DNA of 64,000 nucleotides from Pseudomonadota bacterium (GCA_018241995.1 JAFECT010000010.1:25384-89383); one strand, 5' to 3'; positions 20,524-30,999 are shown, counted from the first letter of the stretch. The notes: a model not told the origin generated them from the sequence alone. Made by a program: numbers and translations.

Positions 20524-20862
20524 ATGCGTATCCCGAGTATGATCACCAAGTCTGCGCTGGCCGCCACGCTCGCCCTCACGGGCGCCTCCGCCGGCGTAGG
20601 CGTCGCCCATGCCCAGTCCTGGGGCCGCAACATGGAACGCTGTGCGGGCGACCGCTGCGCCACCTTCCACTGCGACTGGGACGGCGATAACTGCGTGCGC
20701 ACCGGCAGCTGGCACTATCGCTACGGCGGCTACTACACCCGTCGCGAATATTCGTACCGCACCATGACGCGCTGTGACTCCGACGGCGACCGCTGCGCCA
20801 CCTTCCGCTGCGACGCCGACGGCGACCGCTGCGTGCGCACCAGCGGCTGGTGGTACCGCTAA
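20524..20862 (+). CDS. Small secreted Cys-rich protein made of two 4-Cys repeats
   Basis: 112 aa. A GGGAG Shine-Dalgarno lies 9 nt upstream. The signal peptide ends AHA-QS. The mature part contains RCAGDRCATFHCDWDGDNCVRTGSWHYR and RCDSDGDRCATFRCDADGDRCVRTSGWWYR. Confidence 0.75.
   Translation: MRIPSMITKSALAATLALTGASAGVGVAHAQSWGRNMERCAGDRCATFHCDWDGDNCVRTGSWHYRYGGYYTRREYSYRTMTRCDSDGDRCATFRCDADGDRCVRTSGWWYR
20650..20859 (+). repeat. Intragenic direct duplication: 72-nt units at 20650..20721 and 20788..20859
   Basis: My hand alignment of the two units gives about 59 of 72 identical nucleotides, starting with an identical 19-mer, GACCGCTGCGCCACCTTCC. Confidence 0.8.
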
Positions 20863-20888
20863 GCCCTAGCCAACGGCCAGGACAGGAA

Positions 20889-20920
20889 AGCGCCCCCGGC
20901 TCCGCGCCGGGGGCGTTTGC
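20889..20920. terminator. Bidirectional intrinsic terminator between convergent genes
   Basis: A 10-bp GC stem, CGCCCCCGGC (20891..20900) / GCCGGGGGCG (20906..20915), with a 5-nt loop, followed by TTTGCCTATTT. Confidence 0.65.
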
Positions 20921-22399
20921 CTATTTCAGCGCGAGCGTGACCGACTTCACGCTGAGATATTCGTCGATGCCGTAGAGCGAGCCCTCGCGGCCGAAGCCGG
21001 ACTGCTTGACCCCGCCGAACGGCACCGCCGCGTTGGAGATCAGCCCCGTGTTCATGCCCACGATGCCGTCTTCAAGCGCGCGGGCGACGCGCATAGTCCG
21101 GTCGAAATCCCGGGTGAAGAAGTAGGACGCCAGCCCGAAGTCGGAGCTGTTGCAGCGGGTGACGGCCTCTTCCTCGGTGTCGAAGGCGAACACCGGCACG
21201 ACCGGGCCGAAGGTCTCCTCCTCGCGGAACAGGCTGTCGTCGCCGCCGGCCAGGACTGTCGGCGTGTAGAACAGCCCCTCCTGGCGGGCGGGCGTGCCGC
21301 CGGTGGTGACCTTGGAGCCGTGCTCATGGGCCCAGGCGACGTGGCGCTTGACCTTCTCCAGCCCTTTCCGGTCGATCAGCGGCCCGACCTTCACGTCGGG
21401 CTCGAAGGCGTCGCCGAGTTTCAGCGCCGAGACCGCCGCCGTCAGGCCTTCCAGATAGGCGTCATAGACTCCGCGCTGAACATAGACGCGGTTGGGGCAG
21501 ACGCAGGTCTGACCCGAGTTGCGGAACTTGCCCTTGATGGTCTCGGCGACCGCCAGTTCGATGTCGGCGTCGTCGAACACCACGAGCGGCGCGGCGCCGC
21601 CAAGCTCCATCGACAGGCGCTTCAGCGTCGGCGCGCACTGCGCCATCAGGGTGCGTCCCACCGGTGTGGAGCCGGTGAAGCTCAGCTTGCGGATCAGGGG
21701 CGAGGCGGTCAGCACCTCGCCGACGGCGCCAGGCTGGCCGGTGACCAGGTTGATCACACCCTCGGGAATGCCGGCCTCCAGCGCCAGGTCGACCAGGGCG
21801 ATGGCGGTGAAGGGGGTCTGGTGCGCCGGCTTGATCACCACCGTGCAGCCCGCGGCGAAGGCGGGACCGACCTTGCGGGTTATCATGGCGGCCGGGAAGT
21901 TCCACGGCGCGATCAGAGCCGCGGGCCCGACCGGCTCCTTCAGGCTCAGGATGGTCATGCCCTTGGTCGGGCTTTCCATGCTCTCGCCGTGCAGGCTCTC
22001 GGCGACGCCCGCGAACCACTTGATGAAGCTGTTGGCGTAGCGGACCTCGCCCTTGGCCTCTTCGAACGGCTTGCCGTTCTCGGTGGCCATCAGCGCCGCC
22101 AGCCCGATCTCGTTCTCGTCGATCAGGGCCGCCCATTTGCGCATCAGGGCGGCGCGTTCGACCTGCGGCGTCTTCGACCAGGCAGGGAAGGCGTCGGCCG
22201 CCGCCTGGATCGCCGCCTGGACGTCGGCGGGCTCCAGATCGGGGATGACGCCGATGACTCGGCCGTTCGAGGGATTGTCGACCTCGATGAATTTCGCGCC
22301 GACGGGCGCGCGCCGGCCGCCGATGACGGCATGCTCCTTCAGCAGCTTGATCCCGGCCGCCTTGGCCTGCTCCACGGGGGAAACACCGGTGTCGGCCAT
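20921..22399 (-). CDS. NAD(P)-dependent aldehyde dehydrogenase (succinate-semialdehyde dehydrogenase-like)
   Basis: 492 aa. ALDH motifs: APWNFPAAM, the catalytic-Glu motif ELGG (SMELGGAAP), the catalytic Cys in NSGQTCVCPNR, and EETFGPV. Confidence 0.88.
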   Translation of the reverse strand: MADTGVSPVEQAKAAGIKLLKEHAVIGGRRAPVGAKFIEVDNPSNGRVIGVIPDLEPADVQAAIQAAADAFPAWSKTPQVERAALMRKWAALIDENEIGLAALMATENGKPFEEAKGEVRYANSFIKWFAGVAESLHGESMESPTKGMTILSLKEPVGPAALIAPWNFPAAMITRKVGPAFAAGCTVVIKPAHQTPFTAIALVDLALEAGIPEGVINLVTGQPGAVGEVLTASPLIRKLSFTGSTPVGRTLMAQCAPTLKRLSMELGGAAPLVVFDDADIELAVAETIKGKFRNSGQTCVCPNRVYVQRGVYDAYLEGLTAAVSALKLGDAFEPDVKVGPLIDRKGLEKVKRHVAWAHEHGSKVTTGGTPARQEGLFYTPTVLAGGDDSLFREEETFGPVVPVFAFDTEEEAVTRCNSSDFGLASYFFTRDFDRTMRVARALEDGIVGMNTGLISNAAVPFGGVKQSGFGREGSLYGIDEYLSVKSVTLALK

Positions 22400-22423
22400 C
22401 TGGGTTCTCCTTGGGACGGCGCC

Positions 22424-23593
22424 TCAGACCCCTGACAGCGCCTCGCGCCCTAGATCGGCGCACTTGGTCCAACCGGCAAGGGCGGTGGTCAGGTCCAGTT
22501 CGGCGATCAGGTTCTTCAGCACCGCCTCGACACCCGCCTGGCCGCCGACCGCCAGACCATAGGCGTAGGGACGCCCGACGCAGACGGCGGTCGCGCCGAG
22601 CGCCAGGGCCTTGAAGGCGTCCGCGCCCGAGCGGACGCCGGAATCGAACAGCACCGGGATCTTCCCCTGCACCCGCTCCGCGCACAGCGGCAGCTGGTCG
22701 GCGGAGCCCGCCGCGCCGTCGACCTGGCGGCCCCCGTGGTTGGAAACCACGATGCCGTCGAAGCCGTGCCGGACGGCCAGCGCCGCGTCCTCGGGGTGCT
22801 GGATGCCCTTCAACAGGATCGGCAGGCGGGTGACCCGCCGGAGGCTTTTCAGCTTTTCCCAGCTCAGGGTCGGGTCGGAGTAGATCTGGGTGAACAGGGC
22901 CGCCGCGGCCAGCGGGTTCTTCTCCGGCGGCTCGGGCAGCATGGCGCGGAACACCGGGTCGGAGGTGTATTGGGCGATGCCGAGGCCCTTCAGAAACGGC
23001 AGGTGGCCCAGCGCCAGGTCGCGCGCGCGCCAGCCCAGGATGGTGGTGTCGAGCGTGACCACGATGGCCTCGCAGCCGCAGGCCTCGGCCCGCCGCGCCA
23101 GGGACGCCACCAGCTCGTCCGACCGGCCCCAGTAGAGCTGGAACCACTTGGGCGAGGCGCCGGCGCAGTCGGCGATCTGCTCCATCGGATAGGAGGCCTG
23201 GTTGGAGATGATCATGGGCGCGCCGACGCTCGCCGCAGCGCGAGCCACCGCCAGGTCGGCCTCCGGATGGGCCATGGACAGCACCCCGATCGGCGCGGTC
23301 AGCAAGGGGGTCGGCAGGCGACGCCCGAACAGCGTGATCGATAGGTCGCGGCTGGAGCAGTCGCGCGCCATGCGTGGCACGATTCGCCAGCGGTCGAGCG
23401 CCGAGCGGTTGGCTTGCGCCGTCGTCTCGCGCCCCGCGCCGCCGGCGATATAGGTGAAGGCCTCGGGCGACATCTTCTGCTCGGCCAGGGCCTCCAGCGC
23501 GCCGAATTCCAACGGGATCGCCGGGCGCTCGCCCTGCAGGCCGCGCATGTAGATTTCGCCCTGGCGGGCCAGTCCCGGTCCGGTCTCGGTCAT
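22424..23593 (-). CDS. FMN-dependent alpha-hydroxy-acid oxidising enzyme (lactate 2-monooxygenase-like)
   Basis: 389 aa. [41 protein letters not shown], and the C-terminal [11 protein letters not shown] are typical of the glycolate oxidase / LMO family. It lies 24 nt upstream of the ALDH gene, so the two are a likely operon. Confidence 0.85.
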   Translation of the reverse strand: MTETGPGLARQGEIYMRGLQGERPAIPLEFGALEALAEQKMSPEAFTYIAGGAGRETTAQANRSALDRWRIVPRMARDCSSRDLSITLFGRRLPTPLLTAPIGVLSMAHPEADLAVARAAASVGAPMIISNQASYPMEQIADCAGASPKWFQLYWGRSDELVASLARRAEACGCEAIVVTLDTTILGWRARDLALGHLPFLKGLGIAQYTSDPVFRAMLPEPPEKNPLAAAALFTQIYSDPTLSWEKLKSLRRVTRLPILLKGIQHPEDAALAVRHGFDGIVVSNHGGRQVDGAAGSADQLPLCAERVQGKIPVLFDSGVRSGADAFKALALGATAVCVGRPYAYGLAVGGQAGVEAVLKNLIAELDLTTALAGWTKCADLGREALSGV

Positions 23594-23827
23594 CGGCGCA
23601 ACAATCCCTGGCTGGGGCCTTCTTCGCTAGAGCATTTCCCGATCGGAGCAAGCGGCGAAATGGGGTTCGTGCGGCGCGGGAAACGAGCCCCGAACCGGCC
23701 GCGGTGCGCCACCTGACCGCGCATCACGAAGCTGTGCTTTAAGCGCGGCCGATACCGCCGTTTTCCGAATTGACGGCGAGTCCGGCCAAGGTCTCATCTA
23801 TCCCAACTCGACCATGGGGAAACGGCG

Positions 23828-26800
23828 ATGGAGCCTTGGAAGCAGCGTCTTGATCAGGCGCGCGCGCTGCTCGAAAAATGGACCGCCATCGCTCGACAGA
23901 AACTCGAACTCGGGCGCGCCGAACTCACCGCCAGATTGCAGCATATGGACCGCCGCATCGCCACGGCGGGCCTTGGCATCCTGTTGGCCGGGTTCCTGGG
24001 CGGTTTCGTCTTCGCCAAGGCCACCGATGCGCTGAACGTCGGCAAGCCGGGGGCGATCGACCTGTTCTCCGGCTTCGGCCACCCGAGGGGCGCCTCGGCG
24101 CCCCGTCGCGGCATTCCCAAGCCCGAAGGCTTCGCGCCATGGCGGCAGGTGGTCGACAGCTCAGGCGCCGATCCCAAGGCCTGCGTCGAGTTCACCCGCC
24201 CGCTCGATCCGCGCCGCAGCTATGCCGACTTCGTGCTGATCTCACCCGACCCCGGCCGCGCCCCGGCCGTGACCGTGAAGGGGCCGAACAACACCCAGCT
24301 CTGCCTCACCGGCCTGGGCTTCTACGACCGGCGCATCACCTTCCTGAAGGGCTTCCAGGCCAAGAACGGCGAGCAGCTCAAGGACAACGCCGACATCGAC
24401 TTCACCTTCGGGGCCAAGCCGCCCTACGTCGGTTTCGCGGGGGAAGGCGTGATCCTGCCGCGCGAGGACGCGGACGGGGTCGGCATCGAAACCATGAACG
24501 TGGCGCGCATCGCCATCGAGGTCTGGCGCGTGCCGGACCGCAACCTGGTGAGGAAGTCGATCTCCGCCCCGGACGCCACGGCCGAAGGCGAATATGCCGA
24601 AGACTACGGCGAGGATGCGGTCGGCTCGGACGGCCGCAAGGTCTGGTCGGGCGATGTCGCCGTCTCCGGGCCCTCGGGCCAGCGCGCGACGACCGTCTTC
24701 CCGCTGGGCGCGGTGCTGAAGGAGATGAAGCCCGGCGCCTATGTCATCAAAGTCAGGGACGCGTCGGGCGCCCGAGGCCTGCGCAAGAAGGCGGACGTCG
24801 ACGACTCCGAAGACGCGAACCCCGCGGCCCAGGCCCGGCGCTGGATCCTGTTCACCGACATGGCGCTTGTGTCCTACCAAGGCGTGGACGGGACCGATGT
24901 GGTGGTCCGCTCGCTGAAATCCGCGCGCCCCGTGCCCGGCGTGAAGGTCTCGCTGGTCGCCCAGGACGGCGAGGACCTGGCCAGCGCCACTTCGGACGGT
25001 GAGGGGCGCGTGCATTTCGCCAAGGCCCTGTTCGAGGGCAAGGGCGGCGAGGCGGCCAAGTCGTTCATGGCCTACGGGCCCGGATCGGACTTCACCACCC
25101 TGTCGCTCGACCACGCGCCGGTCGACCTGTCCAACCAGGGCATCGGCGGGCGCAATGTCGAGGGCGCCAAGCCGATCACCGAGGGCCGCACGGCCAGCGC
25201 GGTGGTCGACGCCTACCTCTATTCCGACCGTGGCGTTTATCGCCCGCGCGAGACGGTGCGGCTGGTCGCCCTGCTGCGCGACGCCGAGGCGCGCGCGGTC
25301 AAGGACCGGCCGGGCATGATCCTGGTCAAGCGCCCCTCGGGCGTGGAGGCCTTCCGCTTCAAGTTCGCCAATGCGCCCCTGGGCTTCGCCTCTGCCGACG
25401 TCGCGATCCCGGCCGACGCCGCGCGCGGGCGCTGGACCGCGGAGGTCCGCATCGACGGCCTGGACCAGCCGGCGGGCACCTATTCCTTCTCGGTGGAGGA
25501 CTTCGCGCCCCAGCGCCTGGCGGTGGACGTCAACGCCAACAAGGCCGTGCCTCTCGGCGCCACGGAAACCCGCGCCATCGCGGTGGACGCGCGCTTCCTC
25601 TATGGCGCGCCCGGCGCCGGCCTGAAGGTCGAGGGCGAGGCGCGTCTGCGGCCTGACCCCAACCCCTTCCCCGCGCCGCAGCTGAAAGATTACCGCTGGG
25701 GCGACGAGACCAAGCCCTTCGAGGAGAAGCTGGTCGAGCTGAAGGCCACCACCACCGACGGCGCCGGCCACGCCACCTTGACCTTGGCGGGCTCTGAGGC
25801 CGGCGATACGGCCCAGCCCCTGCGCGCCATGCTCGGCGCCTCGGTGTTCGAGCCGGGCGGGCGACCGGTGCGCGAGGGCGCCGAGCTGAAGCTGCGCCAG
25901 CGCGGCGAGTACCTGGGCGTCAAGGTGGACGCCGGCGACGGCTCGGGCGGTCGCGAGCCGCTGGTCAATATGGACATCGTCGCCGTGAACGCCGTGGGCC
26001 AGCGCATCCCCGCGCCCGGCGTGAACTGGACCCTGATCACCGAGAACTGGAACTACGACTGGTACCAGGACGGCGGCTCCTGGAAGTGGCGGCGCACCAG
26101 CCGTGACGTGGTCGCCGCCAAGGGGACCTTCAACCTGAATTCCAGCGCACCAACCCGCTTAGCTAAACGCCTGGGCTGGGGGGACTATCGCCTGGAACTC
26201 GACGACCCGAGGACGCGCGCCCACACCGTCGTGCGCTTCGCCTCCGGCTGGGGCGCGCCCGCCAAGGACGCCGATGCGCCGGACATGGTGCGCGTCTCCG
26301 CCGCCGGAACCCACGGCCAGGGCGACACCATCGCCGTGACCATCAAGGCGCCCTACGCCGGCCAGGCCCAGGTGGCGGTGGCCACCGACCGGGTGCTGGA
26401 GCTGCGCAACATCATGGTGCCCGCCGGCGGGACGACGGTGCAGCTGAAGTCCTCGGCCGCCTGGGGTGGCGGCGCCTATGTGCTGGTCTCGGTGATACAG
26501 CCGCGCGACCCGGTCGCCACGCCCAAGCCGCGCCGCGCCATCGGCCTAGCCTACGTTCCGCTCGACCCGCGCGATCGCAAGCTGAAGGTCGAGGTCGGAA
26601 CCGCGGAGAAGGTGCGTGGCCGTGACAGGCTGATGGTGCCTGTGCATGTGAAGGGCCTGAAGCTCGGCCAGAGGGCCAAGGTGACCATCGCCGCGGTCGA
26701 CCAGGGCATCCTGAACCTGACCAAGTTCGAGAGCCCCGACCCGGTGAAGTGGTACTTCGGCAAGCGGGCGCTCGGCGTCGACTATCGCGACGACTATGGC

Positions 26801-28933
26801 CGCCTGCTCGACCCGAACCTGGGCGCTCCCGCGGCGCTCAACTACGGCGCCGACGAGATCGGCGGCGCGGGCCTGACCACCACCCCGATCAAGAGCGTGG
26901 CCCTGTGGTCCGGCATCGTCGAGACGGGCCTCGACGGCCGGGTCGAGATCCCGCTGCCTGCGCCGGAGTTCAACGGCGAACTGCGGGTCATGGCCGTGGC
27001 CTGGACTGACGAGGCCGTCGGCGGCGTGGACCAGAAGGTCACCGTGCGCGAGCCGGTGGTGGCGGAGCTTTCGCTGCCGCGGTTCCTGGCGCCGGGCGAC
27101 AAGGCCTTCGCGACGCTGGAGCTGCACAATGTCGAGGGCAAGCCCGGCGGCTATGACGCCACGGTGCAAGGCGAGAACGGCATCGTCGCCTTCTTCCGAA
27201 AGCTCTACGAGCTGATCGTCGGCCAGCGTGTGGTCGAGCGCGTGCCGATCGAGGCGCCCCAGCGCGCCGGCGTCGGTCACGTGACCTTCCGCGTGGCGGG
27301 TCCGGGCTTCGAACAGACCCAGGGCTTTGGCCTGGAAACCCGCGTGGGCTGGGGGCCCGAGACCCGCGTGACGACCGAGCTGCAGCAGCCGGGCGAGACC
27401 TACACCCCGCCGGACTCCCTGATGGACGGCTTCACCCTCGGCTCGGCGACGCTTGATGTGTCCTATTCGCCGTTCAAGGGTTTCGACCCCGCGCCGATCG
27501 CCGCCGCCCTCTCGCGCTATCCCTACGGCTGCACCGAGCAGGTGGTCTCCGCCGCCTATCCCTGGCTCTACGCCTACGAAGGGGTGGCCGACGCCAAGAC
27601 CGCGGCCCACGCCAGCCCGGCGCTGAACCAGGCGGTCAGCCGCCTGCTCGACCGGCAGAGCGCGGACGGGGTCTTCGGCCTCTGGCGCGTCGGCGACGGC
27701 GATGCCGACCCGTGGCTGGGGGCCTACGCCACAGACTTCCTGATCGAGGCGCGCCGCGCGGGCTCGCCTGTGCCTCAGGCCGCCATCGACAAGGCGCTGC
27801 TGGCCATGCGCCAGGTCTCCCGCCCGGACGGTTGGGCCTCAGTGTCCTATCGCATGAGCTATCCGGACTGGTGGGCGGGCGACGCCGACAAGTCCAAGGC
27901 CGAGACCGCGCGCATGCGCTCCCAGGCCTCGGCCTACGCGCTCTATGTGTTGGCCAAGGGCGGGCAGGGCGATCTGGCGCGGCTGCGCTGGTATCACGAC
28001 GTGCAATTCAAGACCGAAAGCTCGCCGCTGGCGCGGGCCCAGGTGGCGGCGGGGCTGAAGATGATGGGCGACCGCGCCCGCGCGCTCGACGCCTTCAAGC
28101 AGGCGAGCGACGCCCTGGGCTATCGCGCCCCGCACGACTGGTACCAGAGCCCGCTCCGCGACCTCGCCGGCGTGATCTCGCTGGCCTATGAGGCCGGTGA
28201 GCCGCAGATCGCCCGTAACCTGCAGAACCGGCTGGAGGGCGCCGTGCGCGATCCCGACGGCCTGAACACCCAGGAGCAGGCGCGCCTGCTGCAGGCCGCC
28301 GACGCCATGCTGCGCGCCTCGGGCCAGCCCAAGGTCGATGTCGCTGGCGCGACGCCCCTGGTCGCCAGCGGCGGCGCCCATCGCTGGGGCGTGGGCCTGC
28401 TGCGCGCCGCCCGCTTCACCAACCGCAGCCGCGGTGCCCTGTGGCGCACCGTCACCGTGCGGGGCACGCCCCTGTCTGCGCCCGGCGCGACGGCCCGTGG
28501 CATCACCCTGCAGAAGTCCTACTTCACCCTGCAGGGGGCGCCGATCGACCCGGCCCACCTGACCCAGGGCCAGCGCATCGTGGTGCGCCTGTCCGGCCGT
28601 TCGGGCGAGGGACGCACCGTGCCCCTGGTGATCGACGACGCCCTGCCCGCCGGCTTCGAGGTCGAGACAGTGCTGGGGCCGGAGGACACCGACAAAGGGC
28701 CGTTCAAGTTCCTGGGCGACCTGTCGGCGACCGGCGTGCAGGAACGGCGAGACGACCGCTATGTCGCCGCCCTGCACCTGGAGGGGAACAAGCCCTTCGG
28801 CGTGGCCTATATCGCCCGCGCCGTGACGCCGGGCGACTTCTACCTGCCGGGCGCCGAGGCCAAGGACATGTACCGCGCCAACATCTTCGCCCGCACCGGC
28901 GGCGGGAGGGTGGCCATCGCGCCGAGCGGATGA
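23828..28933 (+). CDS. Bacterial alpha-2-macroglobulin family protein (YfhM-like) with an intact thioester motif
   Basis: 1701 aa. The thioester CTEQ lies in RYPYGCTEQVV (nt 27530..27541, about residue 1235). It has a long array of beta-sandwich (MG) domains, and its stop overlaps the pbpC start (ATGA at 28930..28933). The N-terminus has one TM helix (GLGILLAGFLGGFVFA) rather than a lipobox. Confidence 0.9.
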   Translation: MEPWKQRLDQARALLEKWTAIARQKLELGRAELTARLQHMDRRIATAGLGILLAGFLGGFVFAKATDALNVGKPGAIDLFSGFGHPRGASAPRRGIPKPEGFAPWRQVVDSSGADPKACVEFTRPLDPRRSYADFVLISPDPGRAPAVTVKGPNNTQLCLTGLGFYDRRITFLKGFQAKNGEQLKDNADIDFTFGAKPPYVGFAGEGVILPREDADGVGIETMNVARIAIEVWRVPDRNLVRKSISAPDATAEGEYAEDYGEDAVGSDGRKVWSGDVAVSGPSGQRATTVFPLGAVLKEMKPGAYVIKVRDASGARGLRKKADVDDSEDANPAAQARRWILFTDMALVSYQGVDGTDVVVRSLKSARPVPGVKVSLVAQDGEDLASATSDGEGRVHFAKALFEGKGGEAAKSFMAYGPGSDFTTLSLDHAPVDLSNQGIGGRNVEGAKPITEGRTASAVVDAYLYSDRGVYRPRETVRLVALLRDAEARAVKDRPGMILVKRPSGVEAFRFKFANAPLGFASADVAIPADAARGRWTAEVRIDGLDQPAGTYSFSVEDFAPQRLAVDVNANKAVPLGATETRAIAVDARFLYGAPGAGLKVEGEARLRPDPNPFPAPQLKDYRWGDETKPFEEKLVELKATTTDGAGHATLTLAGSEAGDTAQPLRAMLGASVFEPGGRPVREGAELKLRQRGEYLGVKVDAGDGSGGREPLVNMDIVAVNAVGQRIPAPGVNWTLITENWNYDWYQDGGSWKWRRTSRDVVAAKGTFNLNSSAPTRLAKRLGWGDYRLELDDPRTRAHTVVRFASGWGAPAKDADAPDMVRVSAAGTHGQGDTIAVTIKAPYAGQAQVAVATDRVLELRNIMVPAGGTTVQLKSSAAWGGGAYVLVSVIQPRDPVATPKPRRAIGLAYVPLDPRDRKLKVEVGTAEKVRGRDRLMVPVHVKGLKLGQRAKVTIAAVDQGILNLTKFESPDPVKWYFGKRALGVDYRDDYGRLLDPNLGAPAALNYGADEIGGAGLTTTPIKSVALWSGIVETGLDGRVEIPLPAPEFNGELRVMAVAWTDEAVGGVDQKVTVREPVVAELSLPRFLAPGDKAFATLELHNVEGKPGGYDATVQGENGIVAFFRKLYELIVGQRVVERVPIEAPQRAGVGHVTFRVAGPGFEQTQGFGLETRVGWGPETRVTTELQQPGETYTPPDSLMDGFTLGSATLDVSYSPFKGFDPAPIAAALSRYPYGCTEQVVSAAYPWLYAYEGVADAKTAAHASPALNQAVSRLLDRQSADGVFGLWRVGDGDADPWLGAYATDFLIEARRAGSPVPQAAIDKALLAMRQVSRPDGWASVSYRMSYPDWWAGDADKSKAETARMRSQASAYALYVLAKGGQGDLARLRWYHDVQFKTESSPLARAQVAAGLKMMGDRARALDAFKQASDALGYRAPHDWYQSPLRDLAGVISLAYEAGEPQIARNLQNRLEGAVRDPDGLNTQEQARLLQAADAMLRASGQPKVDVAGATPLVASGGAHRWGVGLLRAARFTNRSRGALWRTVTVRGTPLSAPGATARGITLQKSYFTLQGAPIDPAHLTQGQRIVVRLSGRSGEGRTVPLVIDDALPAGFEVETVLGPEDTDKGPFKFLGDLSATGVQERRDDRYVAALHLEGNKPFGVAYIARAVTPGDFYLPGAEAKDMYRANIFARTGGGRVAIAPSG

Positions 28934-30999
28934 GGCTGCCGCTCGACGCTCCTCGGCTGGTCCGCCGCATCACCCTGGGCCTGATCGCGCTCCTGGCGGT
29001 CGAGACCCTGGCGCTGGGCCTAGACCTGCTGTTCCCGCCGGACCTGCGCAAGGCGGAGCGTTCCTCGCCCGTGGCGCTGGACCGCAACGGCGCATGGCTG
29101 CGCGCCCTTCCGGTCGATAACGGCCGCTGGCGGGTGCGCGCCGACCTGAAACGCACCGACCCGACCTATCTGCGCGCCGTGCTGGCGGTCGAGGACGCCC
29201 ACTTCTACAGCCATCTGGGCGTCGATCCGGGTGCGGTCGTGCGCGCCCTGCTGGGCAACATCCGCGCCGGGGCCATCACCTCCGGCGGCTCGACCATCAC
29301 CATGCAGACCGCGCGCCTGCTGCATCCGCACCCCCGGACCGTCTTCGACAAGCTGGCGGAGATGATCCGCGCCGCCCAGCTGGAGGCGCGCTTCTCCAAG
29401 GCGGAGATTCTGCAGCTCTACCTGACCCTGGCGCCCTATGGCGGTAACCTGGAGGGAGTGCGCGCCGCCTCGCTCTCCTACTTCGGCCACGAGCCGGAGA
29501 GCCTGACGCTCGGCGAGCAGGCGCTGCTGATCGCGCTTCCTCAGGCGCCTGAGGCCCGCCGTCCTGATCGCCGTCCTGCCGCGGCTTTGAACGCCCGGCG
29601 GCTGGTGCTGAAGAAGCTGCTCGCCGCCCGCGCCATCAGCCGCGGGGCCTTCGAGGAGGCGGACGCCGAGCCCCTGCCGCGTCAGCGCGCGCCCTTCCCC
29701 AGGCTGGCCTGGCATGCGGCGGGGCGGCTGGCCCGCGCGGCGCCGGTGCTGCAGCCGACCGTGGAGACCACCTTGGACGCGCGCCTGCAGTCCCGGCTGG
29801 AGCAGTTCGCCGCCGAGACCGCCGCCCAGCAGGGCTCCGGCGTCAGCGTGGCCATCCTGGTTGTGGACTCTCGGACTCGTGCGGTGCGCGCCTCGGTCGG
29901 TTCCGCGGGCCTGGACCGGCCGGGCGGTTGGGTCGACATGACCCGCGCCCTGCGCTCGCCGGGCTCCTCGCTGAAGCCCTTCGTCTACGCCTTCGCCTTC
30001 GACCAGGGCCTGGCCGCACCCGACACCAAGCTGATGGACGCCCCGACGCGCTTCGGCGACTACCAGCCCGAGGACTTCGACCGGACCTTCCACGGCGAGG
30101 TCACGGTCAAGGAGGCCCTGACCAATTCGTTGAACGTGCCCGCGGTGGCGACGCTGGAGAAGGTCGGGCCGGAGGTGTTCCAGGCACGGCTGGAGCAGGC
30201 CGGGGTCAAGCTGGTGCGGCCCAAGGCGCGGACCAAGGGCGCGGGCCTGGCCCTGGCCCTGGGCGGCGCGGGCATCAGCCTGCAGGACCTGTCGGTGCTC
30301 TATGCGGCGCTCGCCGACAACGGGATCGCCAAGCCCCTGGCCTGGACCGTGCGCGATGAGAAGGCGCGGGCGGGCGATCCCGGCGAGCGGCTGGTGCGCC
30401 CCGAGACCGCCGCCCAGATCGTCGACATCCTGCGCGAGACGCCGCCGCCGGCCGGGCGAGCGCCGGGGCCTCTCCTGGCGCGCGGGCCGCGCATCGCCTT
30501 CAAGACCGGCACCTCCTACGGCTTCCGCGACGCCCTCGCGGCGGGCATCGGCGGCGACTATGTGGTGGTGGTCTGGACCGGCCGTCCCGACGGCGGCGCG
30601 CGCGGCGGCCTGACCGGGCGCGAGGCGGCCGCGCCCCTGCTGTTCGACGTCTTCGACCTGATCGATCCGCCCGCGAGGGCCCCAACGCCGATCGACCCGA
30701 CCAGCGCGCCTTCGGGCCTGCAGACCCTGAAGTCGGACAAGGGCGACGGCCCGGCGCTGATCTTCCCGGTCGACGGCTCCTCGGTCCAGGTCGATGTGCT
30801 GGGGACCAAGGGCCGCGGCCTGGTGCTGAGCGCGCGCGGCGAGGGGCTCAAATGGTACGTCGACGGTGACGTGCTCGACCCCGATCCGGTCTCGGGCCGG
30901 GTGGTGTGGCGCCCGTTGGCGGCCGGGTTCTACAGGGTGACTGTGGTGGACCAGGCGGGCCGCGAGAGCCGCGCGCGGGTGCGGATCAAGGGACCCTGA
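28930..30999 (+). CDS. pbpC: Penicillin-binding protein 1C
   Basis: The start MRLPLDAPRL is at 28930; the track ORF is over-extended. It has glycosyltransferase-51 motifs (EDAHFYSHLGVD, GGSTITMQTARL) and the transpeptidase motifs SPGSSLKP and KTGTS. It forms the canonical pair with alpha-2-macroglobulin. Confidence 0.9.
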   Translation: MRLPLDAPRLVRRITLGLIALLAVETLALGLDLLFPPDLRKAERSSPVALDRNGAWLRALPVDNGRWRVRADLKRTDPTYLRAVLAVEDAHFYSHLGVDPGAVVRALLGNIRAGAITSGGSTITMQTARLLHPHPRTVFDKLAEMIRAAQLEARFSKAEILQLYLTLAPYGGNLEGVRAASLSYFGHEPESLTLGEQALLIALPQAPEARRPDRRPAAALNARRLVLKKLLAARAISRGAFEEADAEPLPRQRAPFPRLAWHAAGRLARAAPVLQPTVETTLDARLQSRLEQFAAETAAQQGSGVSVAILVVDSRTRAVRASVGSAGLDRPGGWVDMTRALRSPGSSLKPFVYAFAFDQGLAAPDTKLMDAPTRFGDYQPEDFDRTFHGEVTVKEALTNSLNVPAVATLEKVGPEVFQARLEQAGVKLVRPKARTKGAGLALALGGAGISLQDLSVLYAALADNGIAKPLAWTVRDEKARAGDPGERLVRPETAAQIVDILRETPPPAGRAPGPLLARGPRIAFKTGTSYGFRDALAAGIGGDYVVVVWTGRPDGGARGGLTGREAAAPLLFDVFDLIDPPARAPTPIDPTSAPSGLQTLKSDKGDGPALIFPVDGSSVQVDVLGTKGRGLVLSARGEGLKWYVDGDVLDPDPVSGRVVWRPLAAGFYRVTVVDQAGRESRARVRIKGP

